Origin: Candidatus Poribacteria bacterium
GTDB taxonomy: Bacteria; Poribacteria; WGA-4E; PCPOR2b
Direction: 5' to 3'
Assembly: GCA_965215015.1 (NCBI GenBank)
Contig: OZ244042.1
Location: 4,448,001-4,512,000 of the forward strand
Length of the DNA: 64,000 bases
In this document: piece by piece, positions 40,363 through 50,174 of the stretch
Position numbering within the stretch: the first letter of the stretch is position 1
Layout: every line of letters starts with the position of its first letter
The notes under the pieces: generated by a model
What the model was told of the DNA's origin: nothing
The model's input: the letters and a program-made list of their open reading frames with translations, nothing else
Databases searched by the model: none
Program-made: the position numbers and the translations under genes

Positions 40363-43300
40363 GTGATTACACCTACGATATTTGTTGGACTTGGAACAAC
40401 CGGAACCGATATTTTAAAAAATTTACGTGAACTTATGGCTGAAGAGTATGGGCACGCGGGGTTGCCACTTTTCCGCTATATTGCCATTGAGACAAATGGG
40501 GACGTGAATGTGCAAAATACAAACCAAATGGAGGATTATGAACGAATCAACCTTATAAGGGCAACAATTCCGAACGTTAAACCGATTGACCTTAGGTTAA
40601 CGCCTGGAGAACCACGATACAACCCACATTTGGCGGATTGGCTGGATCCTGAACTCTTGAAAATTGAAGCGGGTGGTTTTATGGCTGGGGCTTCAAATAT
40701 ACGCATGGCAGGTAGATTGTGTTTATGGGAAAACTGGGCAAACGCCCGATCTACATTCGTCAACGCAATCGGTGCTATTACGGCACCCGCTACGAAACGG
40801 AAAACAATCAATATTCTAACAGAGCGTAATAAAATTGCAGGACACCCACTCGATGATGCCGGCTTCATTAAGGTCTATGTGCTTGGATCCCTCTGTGGAG
40901 GTTCTTGTAGTGGGATGCTTATTGATGTCGGATATTTTTTTAGACATCTCCTCAGTGCATACGGCGATAAATCAAGAATTGATGGTATTTTCACAATGTT
41001 CGACGAAACCCACGCTGCGAATCCTGACGACATGTTTAACATACGTTCAGCCAATTGTCATGCAAGCCTTTCGGAGTTAAATTACTATCATGATCAGGAG
41101 ACAACTTACGATATAACTTTTCCAGATGGGCGGAAGATTGAGAATATGCGAAAAAAGCCGTTTGATTATACGCTGTTTGTATCACCCAGTGGAGAAACTG
41201 CGGGCAACCAATTCTTAACAGGAGCCGGCGACTTTGATGAAGACGGTTTGAACTTGATGGTAGCACTGAATCTTTTTGCTGAATCTGCTGCAGACACAGC
41301 CGATATAAAAAATGCAATTCGCACAAATTATATATCTCATGCAAATTTTGGGACACGAAACCCCGTGAGACAGGGTGAAATCCCCACTATGATACGCTAT
41401 ATGGCCAGTTTCGGATTAACAGCAGTATGGTATCCCAAATATCGCATCGCAAGTGCTGCTGCCTGCTCAATCAGCGATAAATTATGTGAAAATTGGTTGG
41501 GATCACACATTCCCCAAGCCACAACTGTAAGAGATGCGGAAACGGAATGGAATCAGATTCTAAAAGAGAATATCGATACATTAACTAGTCCAGAAGGACA
41601 GCTCTCAATTAGAAATCGGATTAATACGCATCTTGAAGATGCAAGGCAACAATGGCTCAATACAGAAATCTCAGCCAATCAACTAAGTCAGAATATGACG
41701 AATTTTCCAGACGGTGATTCATTCAGGAAGAAACTTGAGCAGGGTGGAGAGTATGTTGAATTGATGAAAATGCAAGTGTCTGAATGCAAAAAGGCGTTTC
41801 TCGATGCGATTGAACAAAGTTTGAGGAACCAATTAGGAAGTATTGATTTTGAGGGAACGCGAGGCCTGGAAGATGTGAAGATATTCTTTGAAACGCTCGA
41901 TAAAGGTATAGAAAGCTCTATACAAAAGTGCCCTGATCGGATGCCGCCTTTAAAGTTGGATAAATTGGATTTCTCCGCGATGGAGAGAGCAGATAATAAT
42001 CTTTGGTTGAGGCTTATTTTTCTCCGGGATGATGCTGTTCAAGCACATCGAAAAAACATGGTCGAACAATATTGCAATTTGATTACCGCACCTAGGAAAG
42101 GTTTTTATGAGTCGGTTCGGAATCATTTCATCAGACCGATATTGCAGGAAATTCGTTCCGAACTCGGTTTCGGCGTCATCCCGACAGATGAAGGTGAACC
42201 TAACCGGCGTCGAACGATTAAACAGCGATTGGATCAGATAGAAGGGAATCTAAGCCAGTGCATTCAGAAATTCAAAACCAAATATGATAAAGCTATTAAT
42301 CCACCAATATCTGAATGTGTGAAAATTGTTGCTAATAACCCAGAAAATCGAATTGATACGGATGCAATTACACTGAGCCACCAGATCTCACAATCGGATG
42401 AGGGTATTGACTTGCTTGGTGGGGAACCGATGGCTGCTTTTTTAGAAAAAGAACAGAAAGACATTATCGCTCAGATGACTGAAACTTACCGACAACTATC
42501 ATTAGATCGGATTCAAGTTGATGATGTCGTTACAAAGGCTCAGGAACTTTTGGGCTCGGGGAGTTTCGATATCCAGAATCTCGCCAGCCGCTCAAATCCA
42601 TACCAAATGTTTACCCCTACTTACGAACCGTTTGCTGTCGACGATTCACCAAATATCATCTTTGGCAACTCAGGGGAGGCTTTAACTGACTTGAATAACA
42701 GTTTGAGTGGGCAAGGATTCTCGTTTCAAGTCAGTCCCTCTTCTGTAGAGCATCTCCTTTTTTTCTATCAGGAGGAAGCAGGTTTCGCCTTAGATGACCT
42801 TGAGTCTCATGACACGCTTGCCGCTAAATACAGCCAGTCTCCAGGAGAGTATGGACATTCAACCCATAAAGATGCTGACTTTTATAACCTTGAGTTTTAC
42901 TACAAAAAGCAAGTATTGCAATACTGGTGTCTTGCTTTAGGAAGGATTGTCCCTGAAATCTGGAAGCATATCAATAGAGACGCATTTTCTGGCGTTTTTT
43001 ATCAAACTCAGACCGAAGATATTTATTATGAATATAACGTTGACGGGTTATCTGAACGACTCGGCTTACATAACGATCCAGGGGGAATTAGAAATCTATC
43101 CCAGAAGCGAAACGAAACTGAGTATAACGGATTTATGAGATTAATCCGATCGTGTTTCGCAGATCTGGATCGCGAACAGATTGAGCAGCGCATTAATTCA
43201 TTGCTGAGGGAGATTGAAGACCCCAAGGAACATAGGGATATAAGTAAATTCTTTCGTCAGTTTTTAGATGATGTCTACCCTGAAAATGCTTCGATAGATT

Positions 43301-43743
43301 ATACAGTTTATAATTCAGTGACAGGTTCTACCTTTTTCGAGAGACCACCTCAAGGACCAGACACCACACCTACACCCCCACCAAGCCAAGATCCCAGCAA
43401 TCAAATAGACCCAGACTCTTATGACGCAGTTGCTCCCGAAGAAAGTGAGATTGATGCTGGATCATCTAATCCGCCTGATAACGAACATAATGAGGTGGGG
43501 GCAACATCGCCTCAAGACACACCATCACCACCAGCTGCAACCAAAGATGAATATAAGTGGACTGAGGCAGAACCAACGCTTGACGAAGAAGCAACGGACG
43601 AAGAAGATACACCTGAACAACAATCGCAGCCTGAAACCGATGGGCAGAAAAAACAGCCACATTCTTCTAAAGCCTTCGATGTTGCTGATGTCGATATGCG
43701 GAAGGTATTGAGTCGTGATAACACACCTAAAAAAAAGGAGTAG
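40363..43743 (+). CDS. Tubulin/FtsZ-like GTPase-domain protein (Tubulin_2 / FtsZ-like 1 type)
   Basis: FVGLGTTG, GA..IR..GRL, GSLCGGSCSG signature, helical middle, acidic disordered tail. Confidence 0.85.
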   Translation: MITPTIFVGLGTTGTDILKNLRELMAEEYGHAGLPLFRYIAIETNGDVNVQNTNQMEDYERINLIRATIPNVKPIDLRLTPGEPRYNPHLADWLDPELLKIEAGGFMAGASNIRMAGRLCLWENWANARSTFVNAIGAITAPATKRKTINILTERNKIAGHPLDDAGFIKVYVLGSLCGGSCSGMLIDVGYFFRHLLSAYGDKSRIDGIFTMFDETHAANPDDMFNIRSANCHASLSELNYYHDQETTYDITFPDGRKIENMRKKPFDYTLFVSPSGETAGNQFLTGAGDFDEDGLNLMVALNLFAESAADTADIKNAIRTNYISHANFGTRNPVRQGEIPTMIRYMASFGLTAVWYPKYRIASAAACSISDKLCENWLGSHIPQATTVRDAETEWNQILKENIDTLTSPEGQLSIRNRINTHLEDARQQWLNTEISANQLSQNMTNFPDGDSFRKKLEQGGEYVELMKMQVSECKKAFLDAIEQSLRNQLGSIDFEGTRGLEDVKIFFETLDKGIESSIQKCPDRMPPLKLDKLDFSAMERADNNLWLRLIFLRDDAVQAHRKNMVEQYCNLITAPRKGFYESVRNHFIRPILQEIRSELGFGVIPTDEGEPNRRRTIKQRLDQIEGNLSQCIQKFKTKYDKAINPPISECVKIVANNPENRIDTDAITLSHQISQSDEGIDLLGGEPMAAFLEKEQKDIIAQMTETYRQLSLDRIQVDDVVTKAQELLGSGSFDIQNLASRSNPYQMFTPTYEPFAVDDSPNIIFGNSGEALTDLNNSLSGQGFSFQVSPSSVEHLLFFYQEEAGFALDDLESHDTLAAKYSQSPGEYGHSTHKDADFYNLEFYYKKQVLQYWCLALGRIVPEIWKHINRDAFSGVFYQTQTEDIYYEYNVDGLSERLGLHNDPGGIRNLSQKRNETEYNGFMRLIRSCFADLDREQIEQRINSLLREIEDPKEHRDISKFFRQFLDDVYPENASIDYTVYNSVTGSTFFERPPQGPDTTPTPPPSQDPSNQIDPDSYDAVAPEESEIDAGSSNPPDNEHNEVGATSPQDTPSPPAATKDEYKWTEAEPTLDEEATDEEDTPEQQSQPETDGQKKQPHSSKAFDVADVDMRKVLSRDNTPKKKE

Positions 43744-43749
43744 GCGGTT

Positions 43750-46440
43750 ATGGTAGATGTGGTCTGCTCAAAATGCGATGTTGGATGGGTAATACATTCG
43801 CATGATAAATACTGCGGCTATTGTGGGTGTAAAGTCTTCGATTTTTCGGTGAAATGGGAACAAGAACCGCGGATTTATGCTGGCGACGATGCGAATATCC
43901 ATGTCTTAACCATTTTCGTAGAAAACACCGGGGCGTATCCGATTACATTCCAACCGATACGAACAGGACGAGATAATACAATTCTATTTCCACAAGGGAA
44001 CGGCAGCTCATTCACAGTTAACGCAGGTCAACGGCACCCTATCCCGATTCAGGTAAATCCCGCAAACTTAGCACAATACGCTGAGACCATCACCGTGCGA
44101 GCACAAGAGGCACCGCAGAATCTTGTCAGTGAGAAATCACTGCATCTTGAAGCCTTACCCCCTCCCGACTTTAACCTGACTCCTAATCCAGTAACGGTTC
44201 GTTATCGGAAGGGCACTGAAAGGGTTGAGGAAGAACTCTACCTTGAAGTGCAGCAGAGTCAATTTTATATCAGTGATATTACAGCCACGGGAGGATCAGT
44301 CCTTCGCGTTGCCTATTCCCAACAACTCCACCAAGAAAACAGCGCATTCAAAAAAATCCTATTGAAGATTGATTGCAACCAACTCACCGATGAACCAAAT
44401 GGGGTAAGACTCAGCTTTGAACTCTGCGGCTTATCTCAACCTATTGAAAAGCGAATTGAGATTCAAAGAGAGATAGTACCAGATCCGCCAAGACTATTCG
44501 TTCCACAAATGAATCTGGACATTACACAGGAACGTGAGAGAACACATACCCTAACGCTTCAGAACAGAGGCGAACGCACGTTGACAATCCAAAATATCGC
44601 ATTCACCGATCCTTGTAATTTAATCCAAATGTTAAATGTTGAGTGTCCAATCACGGTTGAAGGAGGCGGACAACATAATGTTGAAATGCAGTTATTGGCT
44701 GTTGATGTTGAACCCGGAGATTACCCCATCAACTTCACCATCCACTCCAATTGTGAGACTCGTCCAGAATATGAAGCGGGCCTGAATGTACAGGTTAATG
44801 CACTGGAACCATATCCGCATTATCTCGCTATAGATTTCGGCACAACGAATTCGTGTTGTGCCTACCTCGGGTCTCAAGATGTTCCACAACTTATCCAATT
44901 AGACGGTCACTCGGAAATCATACCTTCCTCAATTATCTATCACAGCCAACCCCAAAATGGGGTAGAATACACAGTTGGTTATGGAGCTGAGACTTATCGT
45001 ACCAGCGAAATTGATGGACCTTACTACATCAGTTCTGTAAAAAGGTGGTTAGGATTTAACTGGAATCGCCAATTTCCTAACAATCGGAGATTGCAACCAA
45101 GCGATGTAGTTGCTGATATACTCAAACATATCATTGAGCGCGCTGAAAAACATCTTGACACGATTTCAACAAGATCAAAAATCAAAAAATGTGTGATTGC
45201 GTATCCGACGATGTTTGATACAAGAAGACGGGAAGGCATAAAACAAGCATTAAGAAGAATAGGAATTACAGATCTTAAACTTATTGATGAGGCATCCGCG
45301 GCTTCGCTCGGAGCTATCTCTCAACAGAGGCAACAAGGTGATTATAGGTTATTGGTTTATGATTTTGGCGGCGGCACGATTGATATCGTCTTATCACACG
45401 TAACAAACCACGGACAGGAAACTACAATTGAACCCCTTGCACACGGCGGAAATCCAAGATATGGTGGTGATGATGTAACACAAGCAATTGTCGACTTTGT
45501 GTTAGATGAGTTTGAAAGACGGATTCAACAAGAAAATCCAAACCTTAGTTTTAGTATCCCTTACCTGAGTCCGAGAAAAGTATGGCAGCCTTCAGGAGAT
45601 CGGGAAAGGGATAGAGCAACACTACTTAACACGCCCTTTTTGTATAATAGAGCAGAAGAATTAAAAAAAGAACTAAGCAATCAAGATACAGCAAATCATG
45701 ATTTTCCTTTGAGCGTTGTTGTTGGAGATGATGTCCGCTCTCTTGATAATCTCACACAAGGTAACATAAACGTGAGTATTTCAAGAGAAGAATTAAATTC
45801 TCTTGTGGCTCATGAATTACGCAAAACCTTTGTTGAAATTGACACCATGATTAGTAATCATGGTGGAGCCCCGCCTGATATCGTGATACTCGCAGGGCAG
45901 TCATCAAGAATGCCTATAGTCAAAGAGATGATGGCAGCCCACTTCCAAGAGGAATATCACACAAACGTTGATATCCAACTCAGTGAGCTCCCCAAAGGAT
46001 GCGTTGTAATAGGTGCAGCGCAATACGGTATGACTTACTCAATGCCGAGTCAAGTTTGGTTTGATATTAGAAGATTTCAAAGAACACACTCCAGCATCGG
46101 TATAATGCAATTTGATGGCAGCCGACAGATTTTTACAGAAATTATTCCGAGAGGGCGACTTATACCCGACGAAAGTTTCGGTAGTATGAATTTACCGCTA
46201 CGCACGGTAGAAACTAATATTGATGTCTGTGAACGTTTTGGAGAAAATGGTGAGCTCTCACCCATTGCCGAATACACCCTAGAACTACCAGAAAATATAC
46301 CAAGAGAAGCGTTAAGAAGAGCACAATTGCAAATGTCGGTTGAAGATAGCGGTGAGATTAAAGTGGTCGCCATTGTAGATGGTGAAGAATATACATTCAC
46401 AGTAAGAAGGAGAACACCAGAGTTTGTAGATGAAATCTGA
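43750..46440 (+). CDS. Hsp70-family ATPase with N-terminal Zn ribbon and Ig-like domains
   Basis: IDFGTTNS, DEASAA, YDFGGGTID, GGDD, LAGQSSRMP. N-terminal CSKC...CGYCG and .N.G...L. Ig-type strands. Confidence 0.88.
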   Translation: MVDVVCSKCDVGWVIHSHDKYCGYCGCKVFDFSVKWEQEPRIYAGDDANIHVLTIFVENTGAYPITFQPIRTGRDNTILFPQGNGSSFTVNAGQRHPIPIQVNPANLAQYAETITVRAQEAPQNLVSEKSLHLEALPPPDFNLTPNPVTVRYRKGTERVEEELYLEVQQSQFYISDITATGGSVLRVAYSQQLHQENSAFKKILLKIDCNQLTDEPNGVRLSFELCGLSQPIEKRIEIQREIVPDPPRLFVPQMNLDITQERERTHTLTLQNRGERTLTIQNIAFTDPCNLIQMLNVECPITVEGGGQHNVEMQLLAVDVEPGDYPINFTIHSNCETRPEYEAGLNVQVNALEPYPHYLAIDFGTTNSCCAYLGSQDVPQLIQLDGHSEIIPSSIIYHSQPQNGVEYTVGYGAETYRTSEIDGPYYISSVKRWLGFNWNRQFPNNRRLQPSDVVADILKHIIERAEKHLDTISTRSKIKKCVIAYPTMFDTRRREGIKQALRRIGITDLKLIDEASAASLGAISQQRQQGDYRLLVYDFGGGTIDIVLSHVTNHGQETTIEPLAHGGNPRYGGDDVTQAIVDFVLDEFERRIQQENPNLSFSIPYLSPRKVWQPSGDRERDRATLLNTPFLYNRAEELKKELSNQDTANHDFPLSVVVGDDVRSLDNLTQGNINVSISREELNSLVAHELRKTFVEIDTMISNHGGAPPDIVILAGQSSRMPIVKEMMAAHFQEEYHTNVDIQLSELPKGCVVIGAAQYGMTYSMPSQVWFDIRRFQRTHSSIGIMQFDGSRQIFTEIIPRGRLIPDESFGSMNLPLRTVETNIDVCERFGENGELSPIAEYTLELPENIPREALRRAQLQMSVEDSGEIKVVAIVDGEEYTFTVRRRTPEFVDEI

Positions 46441-46458
46441 ACTGAGAATGGAACACCA

Positions 46459-47718
46459 ATGCCAAAAAGCGTATGTATCATCAACCTTTCAGCACCTGAA
46501 ATTCAGATAACCGTTTTAGTTGACAATCAGCGACAAGACATCAATCTTCGACTGCCATGGGAGGTAGGGTTTCGGCAAGAAAATGATAACACACTAGTTC
46601 CCTGTTTCGGTGAGGCATTCAAACGTCTCAACTCAAACCATCCCGCAGAAGTGCGGTTTCCGGATTTAGATGTGAAATTCAAGGAAATCAGGGATGAAAA
46701 AACCTTGCAATGCTTGTTTCACGCTTTTTTTGAGGAGATTTTTCACCAGCAGTTACCCGAACATGGCTATCCGATAGATGCGATGTCTGTATATGCCATC
46801 ACACCGTATCACTGGACACCAACACATCGCCAACAACTCAGAAAGGCACTCAAGCGTGTAAAAAGTAGGGAGCAAGTTTCATTTCTCAAGCCATCAAAAG
46901 TAACACTTCGGGGCCTGTTCAGCCAAATTCTATGCCTCTCGGCATATTATCAGAAGGCATGGATGGATATACTCACAGCCCCAAACAACTGCCATCTATT
47001 TCTAATAGATTTCGCACGGGACGATCTTGTTGTCTATCAAATGATTTGTAGTCAGTTGGAAGACAATGTTAAGGTTGAGCTGACCGATATGCTGCGATTT
47101 ACCGAATACTCCTCGGAAATACAAAAAACGATTGCAGGTGTACAAAAGGCATTGCAAAAGGTTAAAGGTGAACAGCACGTTGTAGTCGGTTTTTCTGGCA
47201 GAATTGACGATGATGATAATGTTGCGTTAACTATTATTGAATCGTTGCGCGCACGGTGCAGGGCAACTTTTCTCGAGCCACAGCCAATCGCAACACTTTT
47301 GGGCGGCGCAGAATTGGTTCGGCAATTTGAGAAAAAAAATCTTGAAAGACCACTTCACTTTGTCTATCATTTCTGCTACGGTGTGCGGTTACCTGATGGA
47401 AAATGGGTTGAACTTGTCCCCAAAACATGGACACCCCCTTATCACCGCAAAAAGGCCTTTCGCGCCACAGAATCGCTTGAAAAATTCGATGTCCAGCTTT
47501 TCTGCGGTTTATCCTTGACAAATAACAGCGATGTCCATCATGTCGCGACGCTTGAGATTGACTATACGGAGAATAACAATTTTTCATCGCGCAATGCGAT
47601 GGAATTTATACTTTCAATTACCATGAACGCCTCTACACACGGCACATTTACTGTACATTTTCCGAATCCGCAGGAACCGAGATCTGTTGAATTCACAGTG
47701 CCAACTTTGATGGACTAA
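46459..47718 (+). CDS. Degenerate Hsp70/actin-fold protein
   Basis: ITP..WT..HRQ.LR.A, LIDF, ATLLGGA and YGV....G.W.ELVP....P echo Hsp70 segments. Phosphate motifs are absent. Confidence 0.55.
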   Translation: MPKSVCIINLSAPEIQITVLVDNQRQDINLRLPWEVGFRQENDNTLVPCFGEAFKRLNSNHPAEVRFPDLDVKFKEIRDEKTLQCLFHAFFEEIFHQQLPEHGYPIDAMSVYAITPYHWTPTHRQQLRKALKRVKSREQVSFLKPSKVTLRGLFSQILCLSAYYQKAWMDILTAPNNCHLFLIDFARDDLVVYQMICSQLEDNVKVELTDMLRFTEYSSEIQKTIAGVQKALQKVKGEQHVVVGFSGRIDDDDNVALTIIESLRARCRATFLEPQPIATLLGGAELVRQFEKKNLERPLHFVYHFCYGVRLPDGKWVELVPKTWTPPYHRKKAFRATESLEKFDVQLFCGLSLTNNSDVHHVATLEIDYTENNNFSSRNAMEFILSITMNASTHGTFTVHFPNPQEPRSVEFTVPTLMD

Positions 47719-47755
47719 AACCTTAATCACTTCAGATTATACAAGGGAAAACGCT

Positions 47756-48922
47756 ATGTCCTATTTTAGATTTATGTTATTACTCCTCGTATTAGTACTG
47801 TTTGGATTCGTTTCAATTGGGTATTCACAAGGTAACACAGAAAACCCATACGCTGATCCCATTTTTTGGAAATTTTTGTTATTCGTTGTGGTTGCAGGCG
47901 CGATTTCTACTGTGGTTATATTGTTCGTGTTTCAAATGGTTAAGTGGTGGAAATCAATGTGGCTAAGAACACAAGCATTTCTGACAGAAATGGATCGAGT
48001 TAAACAGGAATTGACGGTAAGATTGGACTCCATTCAAAAAATTAGTATAGATTCCGCCAACAAATTGGAAAAAATGACACATGAACAAACATCAATTCAA
48101 AATGAACAGAAAAATATCCTGAATGATATTGGGCAACTAAAAGACATTACTGTATCTAATACGGAAATTGAGGGGGGCGAGGAGCATACATCAATTGATT
48201 ATCGGAGGGCAGCGGCGAGTGAGGTCCAATCAGCGCAAGAGCAAGTATCGGAATTGGTTGAGGCTTACAAAGATGGAGAGCCAATTGGGTTCATTAACAT
48301 TAAAGATCCAACGCCGGGTCAAAAGGCGTTGATGATTTTAAATTGGATAGCGCACGCTATAGAGGACTGGGTAAATGAATTAGAACAGTCCCGAACAGCG
48401 AACCCAGACCTCATTCAAACGCTGAAATCTGCGAATCAGGCTATCAAAGAGAAACTAAAAAAGGCCCGTGGACAGAAACCACCTTCGCCAGAACCACTCG
48501 ATCTGGATACTGATGTCAGCACAGATGCAGCATATAACGAACTAAAAAATGAGTGTCTTGTGTATGTGTCGCGTTATGAAGCGATGCTTCGTAAGCATCA
48601 ACTGGAATGCAAAATAGCCGAAACAGAATATAACCAGTTCATTCCGAAATTTATCAAAGATAGGTTATTCAATGGTGTGGCGAGATTTATCAATTTTGAA
48701 CAATTGCCTGAACAAGTCGATAAATTTTTACAAATTGTGGATTATGAGGTGGTCCCGATTGAGATAGGAGAAACGAAAGCCGACGCGCGTTTGCATGACA
48801 TTCAAGCCTCACGGCGAATCGGTGTTGACCCTGGAACCATTATTGAGGTCGTTTTACCGGGATTGCGACGGAAAGCAGACGGTGAAATCGTGCAAAAACC
48901 TGTGGTGATTCGCGGAGAGTGA
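47756..48922 (+). CDS. Membrane-anchored coiled-coil protein with GrpE-like C-terminus
   Basis: Two N-terminal hydrophobic segments, coiled coil, C-terminal D..LHD......PGTI.EV.LPG....G.IVQKPVV resembling the GrpE head. Confidence 0.65.
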   Translation: MSYFRFMLLLLVLVLFGFVSIGYSQGNTENPYADPIFWKFLLFVVVAGAISTVVILFVFQMVKWWKSMWLRTQAFLTEMDRVKQELTVRLDSIQKISIDSANKLEKMTHEQTSIQNEQKNILNDIGQLKDITVSNTEIEGGEEHTSIDYRRAAASEVQSAQEQVSELVEAYKDGEPIGFINIKDPTPGQKALMILNWIAHAIEDWVNELEQSRTANPDLIQTLKSANQAIKEKLKKARGQKPPSPEPLDLDTDVSTDAAYNELKNECLVYVSRYEAMLRKHQLECKIAETEYNQFIPKFIKDRLFNGVARFINFEQLPEQVDKFLQIVDYEVVPIEIGETKADARLHDIQASRRIGVDPGTIIEVVLPGLRRKADGEIVQKPVVIRGE

Positions 48923-50168
48923 CTTGATGAAAGAAAAGGATACCCGACCCGCTAACATTCAAAGCAAAGAAACTGTCCGCCCCCAAAATCAAATTGGAAG
49001 CATATTGAACATATCTGTCATAACAGAATATGAAAATGGAGATGTTTATCTAATCTTGGACAATAGAGATGAAAAAGCAATATCAATTACCATTTCCTAT
49101 GCGGAATCTGATAAGTCAATCGCCAAACCATTGGAACACTTTGAGCTGTCCGGTGATAGTCAACGAAAAGTGTCATTACCAAAGGGATTTGAGAAATGGG
49201 AAGAGCTCAAATTTGATGTAAGGGAGGAAAATCCAATAAGGGAGAAAAATAGACAGATTCCTAATACTTCTCTAAAGAAACTCTCGGATGAAGCTAAACG
49301 GCAGACAAAGGGTGATCCGCCCCAACCTAAAACCGAACCTTCAATTTCTAAATCAGAACAAACGGACAACCCAATAAATATAATAGGCAAAGATCTAAAA
49401 CCTGACATAGAAACGATCAATCCGCCTGAGCGACGTTCAACTGATTATCAGCGCAAAGCAGAAACAACTGTTCAAGAGACACGGGAACAAATAACAGAAT
49501 TGGAGTGTACCTACAAGGACGGAGGGCCAATTGATTTCATTAACATTCAAGATCCAACGCCGGGTCAAAAGGCGTTGATGATTTTAAATTGGATAGCGCG
49601 CGCTATAGAGGACTGGGTAAATGAATTAGAACAGTCCCGAACAGCGAACCCAGACCTCATTCAAACGCTGGAATTTGCGAATCAGGATATCAAAGATAAA
49701 CTAAAAGAGATCCGTGGACCGAAATCACCTTCGCCAGAATCACTCGATCCGGATACTGATGTCAGCACAGATGCAGCATATAACGAATTCAAAAATGAGT
49801 GTCTTGTGTATGTGTCGCGTTATGAAGGGATGCTTAGCAATTATCAACTGGAGCGCAAAATAACCGAAATAGAATATAACCAGTTCATTCCGAAATTTAT
49901 CAAAGATAGGTTATTCAATGGTGTGGCGAGATTTATCAATTTTGAACAATTGCCTGAACAAGTCGATAAATTTTTACAAATTGTGGATTGTGAGGTGGTC
50001 CCGATTGAGATAGGAGAAACGAAAGCCGATGCGCGTTTGCATGACATTCAAGCCTCACAGCGAATCGGTGTTGATCCTGGAACCATTGTTGAGGTCGTTT
50101 TACCGGGATTGCGACGGAAAGCAGACGGTGAAATTGTGCAAAAACCTGTGGTGATTCGCGGAGAATAG
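48265..50168 (+). repeat. Direct duplication of about 650 bp (48265-48922 and 49510-50168)
   Basis: Long identical runs, e.g. AAGATCCAACGCCGGGTCAAAAGGCGTTGATGATTTTAAATTGGATAGCGC, occur in both copies. Confidence 0.95.
48924..50168 (+). CDS. Soluble paralog with GrpE-like C-terminus
   Basis: C-terminal roughly 220 aa near-identical to the preceding gene, with an unrelated hydrophilic N-terminus. Confidence 0.65.
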   Translation: MMKEKDTRPANIQSKETVRPQNQIGSILNISVITEYENGDVYLILDNRDEKAISITISYAESDKSIAKPLEHFELSGDSQRKVSLPKGFEKWEELKFDVREENPIREKNRQIPNTSLKKLSDEAKRQTKGDPPQPKTEPSISKSEQTDNPINIIGKDLKPDIETINPPERRSTDYQRKAETTVQETREQITELECTYKDGGPIDFINIQDPTPGQKALMILNWIARAIEDWVNELEQSRTANPDLIQTLEFANQDIKDKLKEIRGPKSPSPESLDPDTDVSTDAAYNEFKNECLVYVSRYEGMLSNYQLERKITEIEYNQFIPKFIKDRLFNGVARFINFEQLPEQVDKFLQIVDCEVVPIEIGETKADARLHDIQASQRIGVDPGTIVEVVLPGLRRKADGEIVQKPVVIRGE

Positions 50169-50174
50169 CACACA

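Noticed and set aside
40363-43743. Cell-division ftsZ
   Set aside because: It is three times too long, the signature is divergent, and there is no dcw cluster context.
43750-50168. Housekeeping dnaK-grpE operon
   Set aside because: The domain architectures are atypical, there is no dnaJ or hrcA, and no CIRCE element is seen.
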